Below, piece by piece: positions 1-8,270 of a stretch of 56,049 nt of DNA. This stretch comes from a virus (taxonomy: Duplodnaviria; Caudoviricetes): positions 1 to 56,049 of the IMG/VR virus record IMGVR_UViG_3300048121_000547; one strand, written 5' to 3'. Every line of letters begins with the position of its first letter. Within the stretch, counting starts at the first letter, position 1. The notes beneath the pieces are model-generated. The model was not told the origin of the DNA. It searched no databases and was given only the letters and a program-made list of their open reading frames with translations. The translations under genes were made by a program, and so were the position numbers.

Positions 1-140
1 AACGGTGGCACTACTCCTGCATTGGGTGTTCTGATGGGCGTAGAATATCAAGACGCAACGCAAAAGAAACCTGTGTTTCTAAATTACTGGCCCGGTTCCG
101 GTGCGGTTAGCGTCGATACAAACTACCCTGTAAAAGCTTT
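1..140. repeat. Terminal direct repeat (copy 1), circular assembly overlap
   Basis: 1-140 equals 55910-56049 except C at 14 versus A at 55923. Confidence 0.97.
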
Positions 141-477
141 TGTTGCAGACAATCCAAACCAGTTGTTTAAAGTTGCGTCCGACGCTTCTTTGACTGACCG
201 GGCCACGGCGCAAGCTGCGGTATTTGCTAACGCATCTTTGGGCACCTCTGCACGAACTGGTTCAACTGACACAGGTAGTTCCGACTCTGCATTGGGTGTT
301 TCAACAATTGCTGTCACCGCGACTCTTCCACTTCGCATTGTAGGCGTAATGGACGATGAAGCTAACAGTGACTTTGCTTCGGCAGGGATTCCAATGATTG
401 TTCGAATCAACGCTCACTACAATTCAAACACTAGCCGTTTTGATTCGCAGACTACCGCGACTTCAACGGGCGTATAA
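1..477 (+). CDS. 3' part of capsid cement/decoration-like protein that wraps the window ends (starts 55736, ~216 aa in total)
   Basis: In frame with the ORF from ATG 55736 across the terminal repeat; lies directly before MCP; Ala/Gly/Thr-rich beta protein. Confidence 0.75.
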   Translation, partial: NGGTTPALGVLMGVEYQDATQKKPVFLNYWPGSGAVSVDTNYPVKAFVADNPNQLFKVASDASLTDRATAQAAVFANASLGTSARTGSTDTGSSDSALGVSTIAVTATLPLRIVGVMDDEANSDFASAGIPMIVRINAHYNSNTSRFDSQTTATSTGV

Positions 478-493
478 GGAAGGGATTTAACAA

Positions 494-1408
494 ATGGCTA
501 TTTCTCGCGCACAACTGGCGAAAGAACTAGAACCCGGCCTTAACGCATTGTTTGGCTTGGAATATGACCGTTATGAAAACGAACATGCCGACATCTTCGA
601 TGAAGAAAGCTCAGACCGAGCATTCGAAGAGGAAGTTATGCTCGGAGGTTTCTCAACAGCCCCAGTTAAAGGTGAAGGTACTTCCATCACATTTGACGAC
701 GCTCAAGAGACCTACACAGCGCGTTACACACATGAAACCATCGCATTGGCCTTCTCCATCACTGAAGAAGCCATTGAGGATAACCTGTATGATCGTTTGG
801 CGTCTCGTTACACCAAAGCTCTGGCTCGCTCTATGGCGCAGACGAAGCAGATCAAATCAGCTTCTATCTTGAACAACGCGTTTTCGGCGACAGGTGGCAA
901 CGCCATCGGCGACGGTGCGGCTTTGTGTTCAAACGCTCACCCATCTTTGTCTGGTAACCAGACAAACCTACTGGCGGTTGCAGCCGACCTCAACGAGACT
1001 TCTCTTGAGCAAATGCTGATCGACATTGCTGGTTTGACAGATGAGCGTGGCCTTAAAATTGCGGTTCGTGGTATGAAACTTATCATTCCAAAAGAACTTC
1101 AGTTTATTGCCGAGCGTGTTATCAACTCAAATCTGCGTAGCGGAACAGCTGATAACGACAACAACGCAATGAAGTCTATGGGCATGTTGCCAGACGGTGC
1201 AGTGGTTAACCACTTCCTGAACGACAGCGACGCTTACTTCATTAAAACTGACGCTCCGAATGGTTTTAAATACTTTAACCGTTCACCTATCAAAACCGCT
1301 ATGGAAGGCGATTTTGATACGGGTAACATGCGGTTTAAAGCCCGCGAGCGTTATTCCTTCGGTGTATCCGATTGGCGTTCAGTGTTCGGCACTCCCGGCG
1401 CAGCATAA
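494..1408 (+). CDS. Major capsid protein
   Basis: 304 aa starting MAISRAQLAKELEPGLNALFG, an N-terminus typical of marine phage MCPs; follows scaffold/cement genes; strong RBS and downstream terminator. Confidence 0.9.
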   Translation: MAISRAQLAKELEPGLNALFGLEYDRYENEHADIFDEESSDRAFEEEVMLGGFSTAPVKGEGTSITFDDAQETYTARYTHETIALAFSITEEAIEDNLYDRLASRYTKALARSMAQTKQIKSASILNNAFSATGGNAIGDGAALCSNAHPSLSGNQTNLLAVAADLNETSLEQMLIDIAGLTDERGLKIAVRGMKLIIPKELQFIAERVINSNLRSGTADNDNNAMKSMGMLPDGAVVNHFLNDSDAYFIKTDAPNGFKYFNRSPIKTAMEGDFDTGNMRFKARERYSFGVSDWRSVFGTPGAA

Positions 1409-1435
1409 GTTAAGAAGCTTGCTTCTAATCTTATT

Positions 1436-1469
1436 GGAAGGGGTCTTGAAAGAGGCCCCTTTCTTTTTT
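1436..1469 (+). terminator. Rho-independent terminator after MCP
   Basis: GGAAGGGGTCTT-GAAA-GAGGCCCCTTTC stem followed by a T-run. Confidence 0.85.
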
Positions 1470-1494
1470 GTAAAAGTTATCGTATAGTTTTATT

Positions 1495-1575
1495 AGGGCA
1501 AACATCAGCTTTGTAGACAGGTTATCGCCCTCCTGACGTTGCATAGACTACAAAGCGAATCCTTATGCAAAGGGT
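1495..1575 (+). ncRNA. Putative structured cis-RNA (double pseudoknot) in the leader of gene 1582
   Basis: GCTTTGTAG/CTACAAAGC, CAGG/CCTG, TTGCATA/TATGCAA and AGGGC/GCCCT complementarities within 80 nt. Confidence 0.6.
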
Positions 1576-1581
1576 ACTAAA

Positions 1582-1806
1582 ATGGCTTCGACTACATTTT
1601 CAGGTCCAGTGACCTCAACCGCTGGTTTTATTGGCGACATCAAAGTTCCAACATACACCGTTGCATCTGCTCCATCCGCATCTTCTGCGGGCGCAGGTAC
1701 GCTTGTGTACGTTTCAAACGGTGCCGCAGGCGCGGCAATTCTGGCGTTCTCTGACGGTACAAATTGGAAACGGTCTGATACGGGCGCTACTATAGCCGCC
1801 GCATAA
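1582..1806 (+). CDS. Small virion structural protein (head fibre/decoration-like)
   Basis: 74 aa starting MASTTFSGPV; directly after MCP. Confidence 0.7.
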   Translation: MASTTFSGPVTSTAGFIGDIKVPTYTVASAPSASSAGAGTLVYVSNGAAGAAILAFSDGTNWKRSDTGATIAAA

Positions 1807-1817
1807 GGAGTTGGGTT

Positions 1818-2006
1818 ATGAGTAGGTTTAAAGCGCCCTCTGCCGAAGAACTCGCCCGGCGTGGGCTTAACCCTGACGGCTCTCCTATAGAGGCAACAAA
1901 AGTTCGCGCTCGAAACAAAAATGGTACACTTAAAGCAGACGACCCTTCTACGCCTCATGTAAATGAGGCTTGGAAAGCAAAACCTGCAAAGAAAAAGAAG
2001 GGCTAA
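1818..2006 (+). CDS. Small basic hypothetical protein
   Basis: 62 aa, AAGGAG RBS, RARNKNG..ADDPSTP..NEAW motif. Confidence 0.75.
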   Translation: MSRFKAPSAEELARRGLNPDGSPIEATKVRARNKNGTLKADDPSTPHVNEAWKAKPAKKKKG

Positions 2007-2009
2007 CAA

Positions 2010-2282
2010 ATGGCTGGTTCAGACATTCGAACAAAACGTTTGGCTGCGACGGGTTCTGCGGCGGTTGGTTCCGCGCGTATTCGGCAGATTCAAATAAAGA
2101 CCACTACGGGTTCCCCCCGTCTTACCGTTACTAACGGCGACGGTGGCGCAGTTGTTTTGGACATGGATTTAAACGCTTCCGACACGCATTCTGTTAACAT
2201 TCCGGATGAGGGAATTCGGGTTGCCGACATTTTTATTTCTGTGTTTACAGCGTGTACGTCTGCAACGGTTTTTTACAGCTAA
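2010..2282 (+). CDS. Small beta-rich structural protein
   Basis: 90 aa with IPDEGI motif; paralogue of the next gene. Confidence 0.7.
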   Translation: MAGSDIRTKRLAATGSAAVGSARIRQIQIKTTTGSPRLTVTNGDGGAVVLDMDLNASDTHSVNIPDEGIRVADIFISVFTACTSATVFYS

Positions 2283-2292
2283 GAGGGTTGTT

Positions 2293-2580
2293 ATGGCGGG
2301 GAATGAGGTAAAGTCGGTACACCGACACAACTCTGGGGCCTTTGCCACGGGTCGTGGTCGCTTAATGGGTTTTTTAATTAATCACTCATCTGGTTCGAGC
2401 GGTGACGTAATCATATATGACAACCCCTCGGCAGCTTCAGGAGACGAAATTCTTGAAATAGACGAAAAAGCGGCGGGTTTGTTTGGCATGGAGATTCCGG
2501 GAGACGGAATTTTGTTTTACAACGGCTTATACGCGACCTTACCTGCTGACGTTTCTTTGACTTTGTTTCTTCAGAAGTGA
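2293..2580 (+). CDS. Small beta-rich structural protein, paralogue of 2010-2282
   Basis: Start reassigned to ATG 2293 (GAGGG RBS); MAGNEV...IPGDGILF matches MAGSDI...IPDEGIRV. Confidence 0.7.
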   Translation: MAGNEVKSVHRHNSGAFATGRGRLMGFLINHSSGSSGDVIIYDNPSAASGDEILEIDEKAAGLFGMEIPGDGILFYNGLYATLPADVSLTLFLQK

Positions 2581-2587
2581 GGAATTT

Positions 2588-2872
2588 ATGGCTACTACAA
2601 AAGACGTAACTAGAACACCCTCGGGACGAATAAAATACCGTGGGGAGACTTTTCCGGGTTTTAACAAGCCTAAAAGGACTCCAAAGGCGTCTAAAAAGAG
2701 TGCGGTTTTGGCTAAAAAAGGTTCTGAAATAAAGCTTGTTCGTTTCGGCGACCAAAACATGTCTATAAAAAAGGACCAGCCCGGTCGTCGTAAGAACTTT
2801 AGAGCTCGTCACTCGTGTGACACTGCAAAAGACAAGTTCACTGCGCGATATTGGTCATGTAAGGCTTGGTAA
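2588..2872 (+). CDS. Small basic protein
   Basis: 94 aa, Lys/Arg-rich, VRFGD..M..K...RRKNFRARH.C...ARYWSCKAW motif seen in many marine phages. Confidence 0.8.
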   Translation: MATTKDVTRTPSGRIKYRGETFPGFNKPKRTPKASKKSAVLAKKGSEIKLVRFGDQNMSIKKDQPGRRKNFRARHSCDTAKDKFTARYWSCKAW

Positions 2873-2873
2873 T

Positions 2874-3068
2874 ATGGCATATTCTAGAAAATCTAAAAAA
2901 GCGTCGCCTAAAAGCAAGGGCAGCAAAATTTGCCCCGAAGGCAAGGCTTGGGCGCAACGAACTTTTGACACTTACCCGTCAGCCTATGCAAACATGGCGG
3001 CTTCTAAGTATTGTAAGGACCCTAATTACGCCAAAAAGTCTAAGGGCGGAAAAAGAAAGGGTTCGTAA
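2874..3068 (+). CDS. Small basic protein
   Basis: Start reassigned to ATG 2874; 64 aa with KICPEGKAWA..FDTYPSAYAN motif. Confidence 0.75.
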   Translation: MAYSRKSKKASPKSKGSKICPEGKAWAQRTFDTYPSAYANMAASKYCKDPNYAKKSKGGKRKGS

Positions 3069-3445
3069 TGGGCAAATTAAAGGATTGGGTCGATGAAGAT
3101 TGGGTCAGAATTGATAGCCAAGGTAATATCGCAGGCAAGTGCGGGACTTCTAAGAATAAAAAGAACCCTGACAGATGCCTTCCACGAGCTAAGGCAAATA
3201 GTCTTAGTAAGTCTGAGCGAGCTTCTACGGCTCGCAAGAAAAAGCGTGAAGGCGCTAAAGGAAAGCAAGTTGTTTCGAATACGAAAGCAGCCAAAGTAAA
3301 GCGTTTAGCTTGCGGCGGAGAAGTCACTAGAGCTAAACGTCCTTACAACGGCAGGTCTCAGTCTGGCACGGCTGTAGCAAGAGGTTGCGGGAAAGTTATG
3401 GCAAATCGTCGTAAGATTACGAAAGGTTCGGTGACGCAAGGATGA
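3068..3445 (+). CDS. Basic hypothetical protein
   Basis: 125 aa, W..EDWV...CG......CLP..KA motif; stop/start overlap with the previous gene. Confidence 0.8.
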   Translation: MGKLKDWVDEDWVRIDSQGNIAGKCGTSKNKKNPDRCLPRAKANSLSKSERASTARKKKREGAKGKQVVSNTKAAKVKRLACGGEVTRAKRPYNGRSQSGTAVARGCGKVMANRRKITKGSVTQG

Positions 3446-4026
3446 ATCTAGCCTTTTACAGTGATCCCACCGAAAAAGCTCTGGTTACTGAGATCATGGG
3501 CTGGTCTAAGGTTGCTCTAGAAAAACCCAGTAAGTTTTTTAACGGACTTCCTCCATGTCCGTTTGCAAAGACGGCGTGGTTGGAGGACAAAGTTTCAATT
3601 ATCTTTAAGAAAGAAGCGTCTTATCAGACGTTGTATTCCTGCATTTCTAGATATGATGATGCGTTTGATCTGGTAATTATTGTTGACTTAAAAAACACAA
3701 AGAACCCGGAGGATTTTCACGAATACTTGGACGATTTAAACCACCGCATTTCTGAAGGTATGTTTATCGACAAGGACATTTGGGTAATGGGATTTAACCC
3801 GGAAGATGAGCCTAGTGATTTTGTAGAAGATGTTACGTTTAAATACGAGATTGACGATGAGTACAGTATGATTTTTGTTCAGAGGCTTTCAAAATTACAG
3901 GAAGCGGCAAACAGGTTGGACAAAAAGGGATACTATGATAGCTATGACGGTGAATACAACTCTACAGAAATATACTTTAACCGTGAAAAACTGTACAGGA
4001 GACTAAAAAATGGCGATGAAACCTAA
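3442..4026 (+). CDS. DUF1415-like protein
   Basis: Acidic 194 aa protein with the PPCPFAK motif. Confidence 0.55.
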   Translation: MNLAFYSDPTEKALVTEIMGWSKVALEKPSKFFNGLPPCPFAKTAWLEDKVSIIFKKEASYQTLYSCISRYDDAFDLVIIVDLKNTKNPEDFHEYLDDLNHRISEGMFIDKDIWVMGFNPEDEPSDFVEDVTFKYEIDDEYSMIFVQRLSKLQEAANRLDKKGYYDSYDGEYNSTEIYFNREKLYRRLKNGDET

Positions 4027-4150
4027 AAAGATGCGTGGCGGCGGCATGGCAAAGAAGATGCGCGGTGGTGGCATGGTTAAGAAGCTGCGTGGCGGCGGCA
4101 TGGTTAAGAAACTTCGTAGCGGTGGAGCCGTTCGTAAATCTAAAAAGTAG
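4010..4150 (+). CDS. 46-aa basic repeat peptide, not in the ORF track
   Basis: AGGAG RBS; MAMKPKKMRGGGMAKKMRGGGMVKKLRGGGMVKKLRSGGAVRKSKK, four 27-bp tandem repeats. Confidence 0.8.
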   Translation: MAMKPKKMRGGGMAKKMRGGGMVKKLRGGGMVKKLRSGGAVRKSKK

Positions 4151-4156
4151 GCTAAA

Positions 4157-4825
4157 ATGACGTTATCTGGAACATCGGACTTTGAACTAGACGTTGCTGA
4201 GTATATTGAAGAAGCTTTTGAACGTTGTGGTTTAGAGGTCAGGACCGGGTATGATTTAAGAACGGCAAAACGGTCTTTAAATCTTATGCTTGCGGAGTGG
4301 GCAAACCGCGGTCTAAATCAGTGGACTATAAAGCAAAGAAGCTTTACCTCGACTCAGGGGGATGGCGATATTTCGATAAGTGCCGATGTTATAGACGTTT
4401 TATCGGTTGTGGTCCGTCGAGGTAACACCGATTACGCTTTGGATCGGGTTAGTCGAGACACGTTTTTATCCATTCCAAACAAAACAAGTCAGGGCCGACC
4501 GTCTCAGTTTTTCTTAGATCGTCAAACTACGCCTGTTTTGCAGATATGGCCGCGACCTGAAAACAACACGGATGTAGTTATCTATGATGCGTTAACTCGT
4601 ATGAATGATGCGGATGGTCAAACAAACACGCTTGATATGCCCTTTCGTTTTTACCCGTGTTTAGCCGCAGGGTTGGCGTATTATATTTCCATGAAAAGAG
4701 CTCCAAACCGCGTTCAACTTTTGAAAGCTGTTTATGAAGAAGAGTTCGAAAGAGCCATGACTGAGGACCGGGATAGGTCCTCTTTTAACGTTGTTCCGCA
4801 GTATCAGTACTTTAGGACTAACTAA
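4157..4825 (+). CDS. Head-tail adaptor / tail tubular protein A-like
   Basis: 222 aa; helical N- and C-termini around a beta core (GRPSQFF..LQIWPRP); structural module position. Confidence 0.65.
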   Translation: MTLSGTSDFELDVAEYIEEAFERCGLEVRTGYDLRTAKRSLNLMLAEWANRGLNQWTIKQRSFTSTQGDGDISISADVIDVLSVVVRRGNTDYALDRVSRDTFLSIPNKTSQGRPSQFFLDRQTTPVLQIWPRPENNTDVVIYDALTRMNDADGQTNTLDMPFRFYPCLAAGLAYYISMKRAPNRVQLLKAVYEEEFERAMTEDRDRSSFNVVPQYQYFRTN

Positions 4826-5595
4826 TGAGTAAGTTTGCGTCTGGAAAAAACTCTTTTGCTATCTCTGACCGATCCGGGTTCCGGTATCGGTACAAAGACA
4901 TGCGTAAAGAGTGGACCGGGGCGCTTGTTGGTAAGGATGAGTTTGAGTCTAAGCAGCCTCAACTAGGTCCTTTTCCCAAAGTTATAGACCCGCAAGCTTT
5001 AAAAGATGCGCGTCCGGATACAGGCAACCCTACGAGTGCTTTTTTGGTGGTTACGACTAACGGCATTGTTTACTTAGGCAATGGGAACTGGAGTACGTCG
5101 GGCACCGCCGAGATGCCCTCAGAAATTGCCCTTACTTCGGCGCTTGTTAGTGGAGTGGGGTCTGTGACGGTTAATGAATCCGGAGCGGGCAATGAAACTG
5201 TTACTTTGACGGGTTTAGGGGCTTCCACTTCTGTCGAGGCCGTTTCGGTTAATGCTCTAACTACTTATACAATGACGGTATCAAACCCCGGCTCTGGAAA
5301 TGTCTACTACCAAGATGGTTCACTCCCGGGCTCCGGAGGTAAAGATGTTACTGAGGGTTATACATATCGCTACGATCAGTCCAACGGCTCAAATTCAGGG
5401 CATCCGTTGCGATTTTCAACAACTTCAGATGGCACACATGGCGGCGGCTCAGAGTATACAACGGGTGTTACTTACAATGGGACGCCGGGTTCATCCGGAG
5501 CCTACACTCAGATTACGGTCGCTATTGGTGCCCCGACATTATATACTTATTGTAGCGTCCATAGTGGCATGGGTTATAAGGTGAACACGCTATGA
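4825..5595 (+). CDS. Virion protein with conserved N-terminus and C-terminal cupredoxin-like domain
   Basis: AISDRSGFRY..M.KEW N-terminus; C-terminus GHPLRF...LYTYCSVHSGMG. Confidence 0.65.
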   Translation: MSKFASGKNSFAISDRSGFRYRYKDMRKEWTGALVGKDEFESKQPQLGPFPKVIDPQALKDARPDTGNPTSAFLVVTTNGIVYLGNGNWSTSGTAEMPSEIALTSALVSGVGSVTVNESGAGNETVTLTGLGASTSVEAVSVNALTTYTMTVSNPGSGNVYYQDGSLPGSGGKDVTEGYTYRYDQSNGSNSGHPLRFSTTSDGTHGGGSEYTTGVTYNGTPGSSGAYTQITVAIGAPTLYTYCSVHSGMGYKVNTL

Positions 5596-6242
5596 GTTTT
5601 ACATATGCACAGCTAAAGCAGGCCATTAAGGACTATACAGAGTACGAAGAGACGGGTTTTGTTAACAACATTCCTTTGTTTATCCGGTTATCTGAAGAGC
5701 GCATTCTAAAAAATGTTCAGCTTAGTCTGTTTCGTAAAAACGCAACGGCTTTAACAAGCGAGTCGGGTCAGTACATTAAAGTCCCTAATGATTTTCTTGC
5801 TCCGTTTTCTTTGAGCATGACGGGAGCGGATGGGGATAAGTTTTTTGTTGAGTTCAAAGACCCCAGCTTTGTTCAGACGTACAATCCTGATCCTACCACA
5901 ACTGGAAAGCCTCAGTACTATTGCCAATTTGACGTTACTAATTTCTTGATGGCTCCGACCCCGAACCTGTCCTACACCGCAGAGCTTCATTATTTCTACC
6001 GTCCTCGTAGCATTACTTTGGATGGAGAGGATAATACTACTTGGCTTAGTGAAAACGCTGAAATGGCTCTTTTGTACGGCGCTCTTATTGAGGCGTATAT
6101 TTACATGAAGGGTGAACAAGATGTTATGGCTATGTACGCTCAGAGGTTCCAAGAAGCTATTATGGGAATTAAGATGCTGGGAGAGGCGAAAGAAACCACT
6201 GACGAATATCGTACAGGAAAAGTTATAAGGGCTAAACAATAA
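5592..6242 (+). CDS. Head-tail adaptor-like protein
   Basis: 216 aa; G.PQYY..APTPN..Y..ELHYFYRP and LLYGAL.EA motifs of podovirus adaptors. Confidence 0.65.
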   Translation: MSFTYAQLKQAIKDYTEYEETGFVNNIPLFIRLSEERILKNVQLSLFRKNATALTSESGQYIKVPNDFLAPFSLSMTGADGDKFFVEFKDPSFVQTYNPDPTTTGKPQYYCQFDVTNFLMAPTPNLSYTAELHYFYRPRSITLDGEDNTTWLSENAEMALLYGALIEAYIYMKGEQDVMAMYAQRFQEAIMGIKMLGEAKETTDEYRTGKVIRAKQ

Positions 6243-6538
6243 TGTTTAAACTAGACTTAAATGTACCTCAGTCTGAATCTTTGGTGCAAGTTAATACAAC
6301 AGATAACCGCGGGCTTACGCCCGATGAATTGTCTGAACAGTGCGTAGAGAAAATTATCGCAGTGTCAGACTCAGCGCATCCAGCGATCAGGGATCAGGCT
6401 CGTGCCTTCTCTAAGCATCTGGAGAAACTGGTGGCCTACTATATGAGGCAAGCTATTCACAGTGACCGTACTTCTGTGTATAATGCTCTCAAAGACGCAG
6501 GTCATCCTGATATGGCCGAGCTTATAAGGAGACTCTAA
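6242..6538 (+). CDS. Hypothetical protein
   Basis: 98 aa, translationally coupled ORF. Confidence 0.75.
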   Translation: MFKLDLNVPQSESLVQVNTTDNRGLTPDELSEQCVEKIIAVSDSAHPAIRDQARAFSKHLEKLVAYYMRQAIHSDRTSVYNALKDAGHPDMAELIRRL

Positions 6539-6539
6539 C

Positions 6540-6974
6540 ATGGCATTTAGCGGCAACTACATGTGTACATCATTCAAGAAAGAATTGATGACTGCTACAC
6601 ACAACTTCACTAACGGGGCTAACACCTTTAAGTTGGCCTTGTATGACAACAACGCTTCTTTCGACGCAGCTACTACAGCATATACTGCGTCCAACGAGGT
6701 TTCAAACTCAGGTACATACACCGCGGGTGGTGGTACGTTGACAAACGTAACTCCGACAACATCTGGCACAACAGCGTTGACAGACTTTGCGGACATTACG
6801 TTTACGTCAGCGACAATCACGGCGCGTGGGGCTTTGATTTACAACGACACGGCAGCGGGCGATCCATCTGTAATCGTTCTGGACTTTGGTTCAGACAAGT
6901 CATCTACTTCTGGTGACTTTCAGATTGTTTTCCCAACGGCGGATGCTTCAAACGCTATCATCCGTATTGCATAA
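6540..6974 (+). CDS. Tail structural protein
   Basis: 144 aa Thr/Ala-rich; FKKEL..HNF..FKLALY..ARGALIYN motif. Confidence 0.7.
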   Translation: MAFSGNYMCTSFKKELMTATHNFTNGANTFKLALYDNNASFDAATTAYTASNEVSNSGTYTAGGGTLTNVTPTTSGTTALTDFADITFTSATITARGALIYNDTAAGDPSVIVLDFGSDKSSTSGDFQIVFPTADASNAIIRIA

Positions 6975-6996
6975 ACACTAAGTTCGGAGCGCCGCT

Positions 6997-8256
6997 ATGG
7001 TAGTATTGGTAAATCGTGCTAAGATGACGACCTCGACTACGGGGACAGGCACAATTACACTGGGTTCAGTCGTAGACGGCTACCAGACCTTTGCCGCAGC
7101 GGGGGTTTCGAACGGAGATTCCGTTCGATACGTCATAGAGGACGGCACTTCGAACTGGGAAATCGGGAGCGGAACATACACCGCTTCCGGCACAACACTG
7201 TCTCGAACTCCTTCAGAGAGTAGCGGCGGCGGCTCGGCTATTGATTTGTCGGGGGATGCTATTGTTTTCATCTCGGCAATCGCCTCTGACATTCAGCCTG
7301 TTACTTTAGTAACCACCACTTTTACAGCCACGGCTGGGCAAACGGCGTTTACAGTATCGTATACGGCGGGGCTTGTTGAGGTTTTTCTTAACGGGGCAAA
7401 ACTCTCCGCGGCAGATTTCACGGCAACGAATGGCACTTCCGTTGTACTGGCCTCTGGAGCGAATGTGGGAGATACCGTTGATGTAGTAGCCTACGGCACT
7501 GTATCTGTAAGCAACACTTACACCCAAGCGCAGGCAAATGCTTTGTTTGTTGATGTAGCTGGCGATACTATGACGGGTGATCTAAATCTTGGCGATAGCA
7601 TCAAAGTGCAGTTTGGTGCTGACCAAGACTTACAAATTTATCACGATGGTTCTAATAGCTATTTACGCGATGGTGGAACAGGTGATCTAAAGGTTTTGGC
7701 TACTAATTTTGCTGTAAAAAACCTCGGCGATAGCATCAACTTTATCACAACAAATTCGTCTACAGGTGCAATGGATTTGTACCACAATGGAACGTCACGC
7801 TTGACGACCACCAGCACAGGTGTAGACATCACTGGGACTTTGACCAGCGATGATACATTTACTCTTGAAGGTGCGCATCCAGACATTGCTTTAGGAGAAA
7901 CTGATACAACAAACTTAAACACAGGTCTTACTAGTGCTTCTGGTGCTTTCCAAGTTTCAACAATAAACGATAGTTATAATTTTGGTTCTAGGGTCAATCG
8001 TTTAAATATAGATCATTCCACAGGCGACATCTCCTTCTACGAGGACACAGGCACCACTGCAAAGTTAGTTTGGGATGCATCTGCTGAACAATTACAACTA
8101 GATGCTGGCGTTGCCCTAGAACTCAACGGTTGGACAATCACAGAGTCTGGCGGCTCACTGTACTTCGCTACAGGCGGCACAAACAAAATGAAACTGGACG
8201 CATCAGGCAACCTTGATGTTGTAGGCAACGTCAATTCCAACGCAACAATCACCTAG
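6997..8256 (+). CDS. Tail fibre protein 1
   Basis: 419 aa Thr/Gly/Ser-rich modular fibre (FTATAGQTAF..VFLNG; DLQIYHDGSNS). Confidence 0.8.
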   Translation: MVVLVNRAKMTTSTTGTGTITLGSVVDGYQTFAAAGVSNGDSVRYVIEDGTSNWEIGSGTYTASGTTLSRTPSESSGGGSAIDLSGDAIVFISAIASDIQPVTLVTTTFTATAGQTAFTVSYTAGLVEVFLNGAKLSAADFTATNGTSVVLASGANVGDTVDVVAYGTVSVSNTYTQAQANALFVDVAGDTMTGDLNLGDSIKVQFGADQDLQIYHDGSNSYLRDGGTGDLKVLATNFAVKNLGDSINFITTNSSTGAMDLYHNGTSRLTTTSTGVDITGTLTSDDTFTLEGAHPDIALGETDTTNLNTGLTSASGAFQVSTINDSYNFGSRVNRLNIDHSTGDISFYEDTGTTAKLVWDASAEQLQLDAGVALELNGWTITESGGSLYFATGGTNKMKLDASGNLDVVGNVNSNATIT

Positions 8257-8270
8257 TAAAGGATACGAAG

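Noticed and set aside
1-140. Terminal repeat as the physical genome end
   Set aside because: It falls mid-gene and its length resembles an assembler k-mer overlap
4023-4135. 27-bp repeats here (and the 20.1-20.8 kb repeats) as a CRISPR array
   Set aside because: They are in-frame coding repeats with synonymous variation and no unique spacers; no cas genes present
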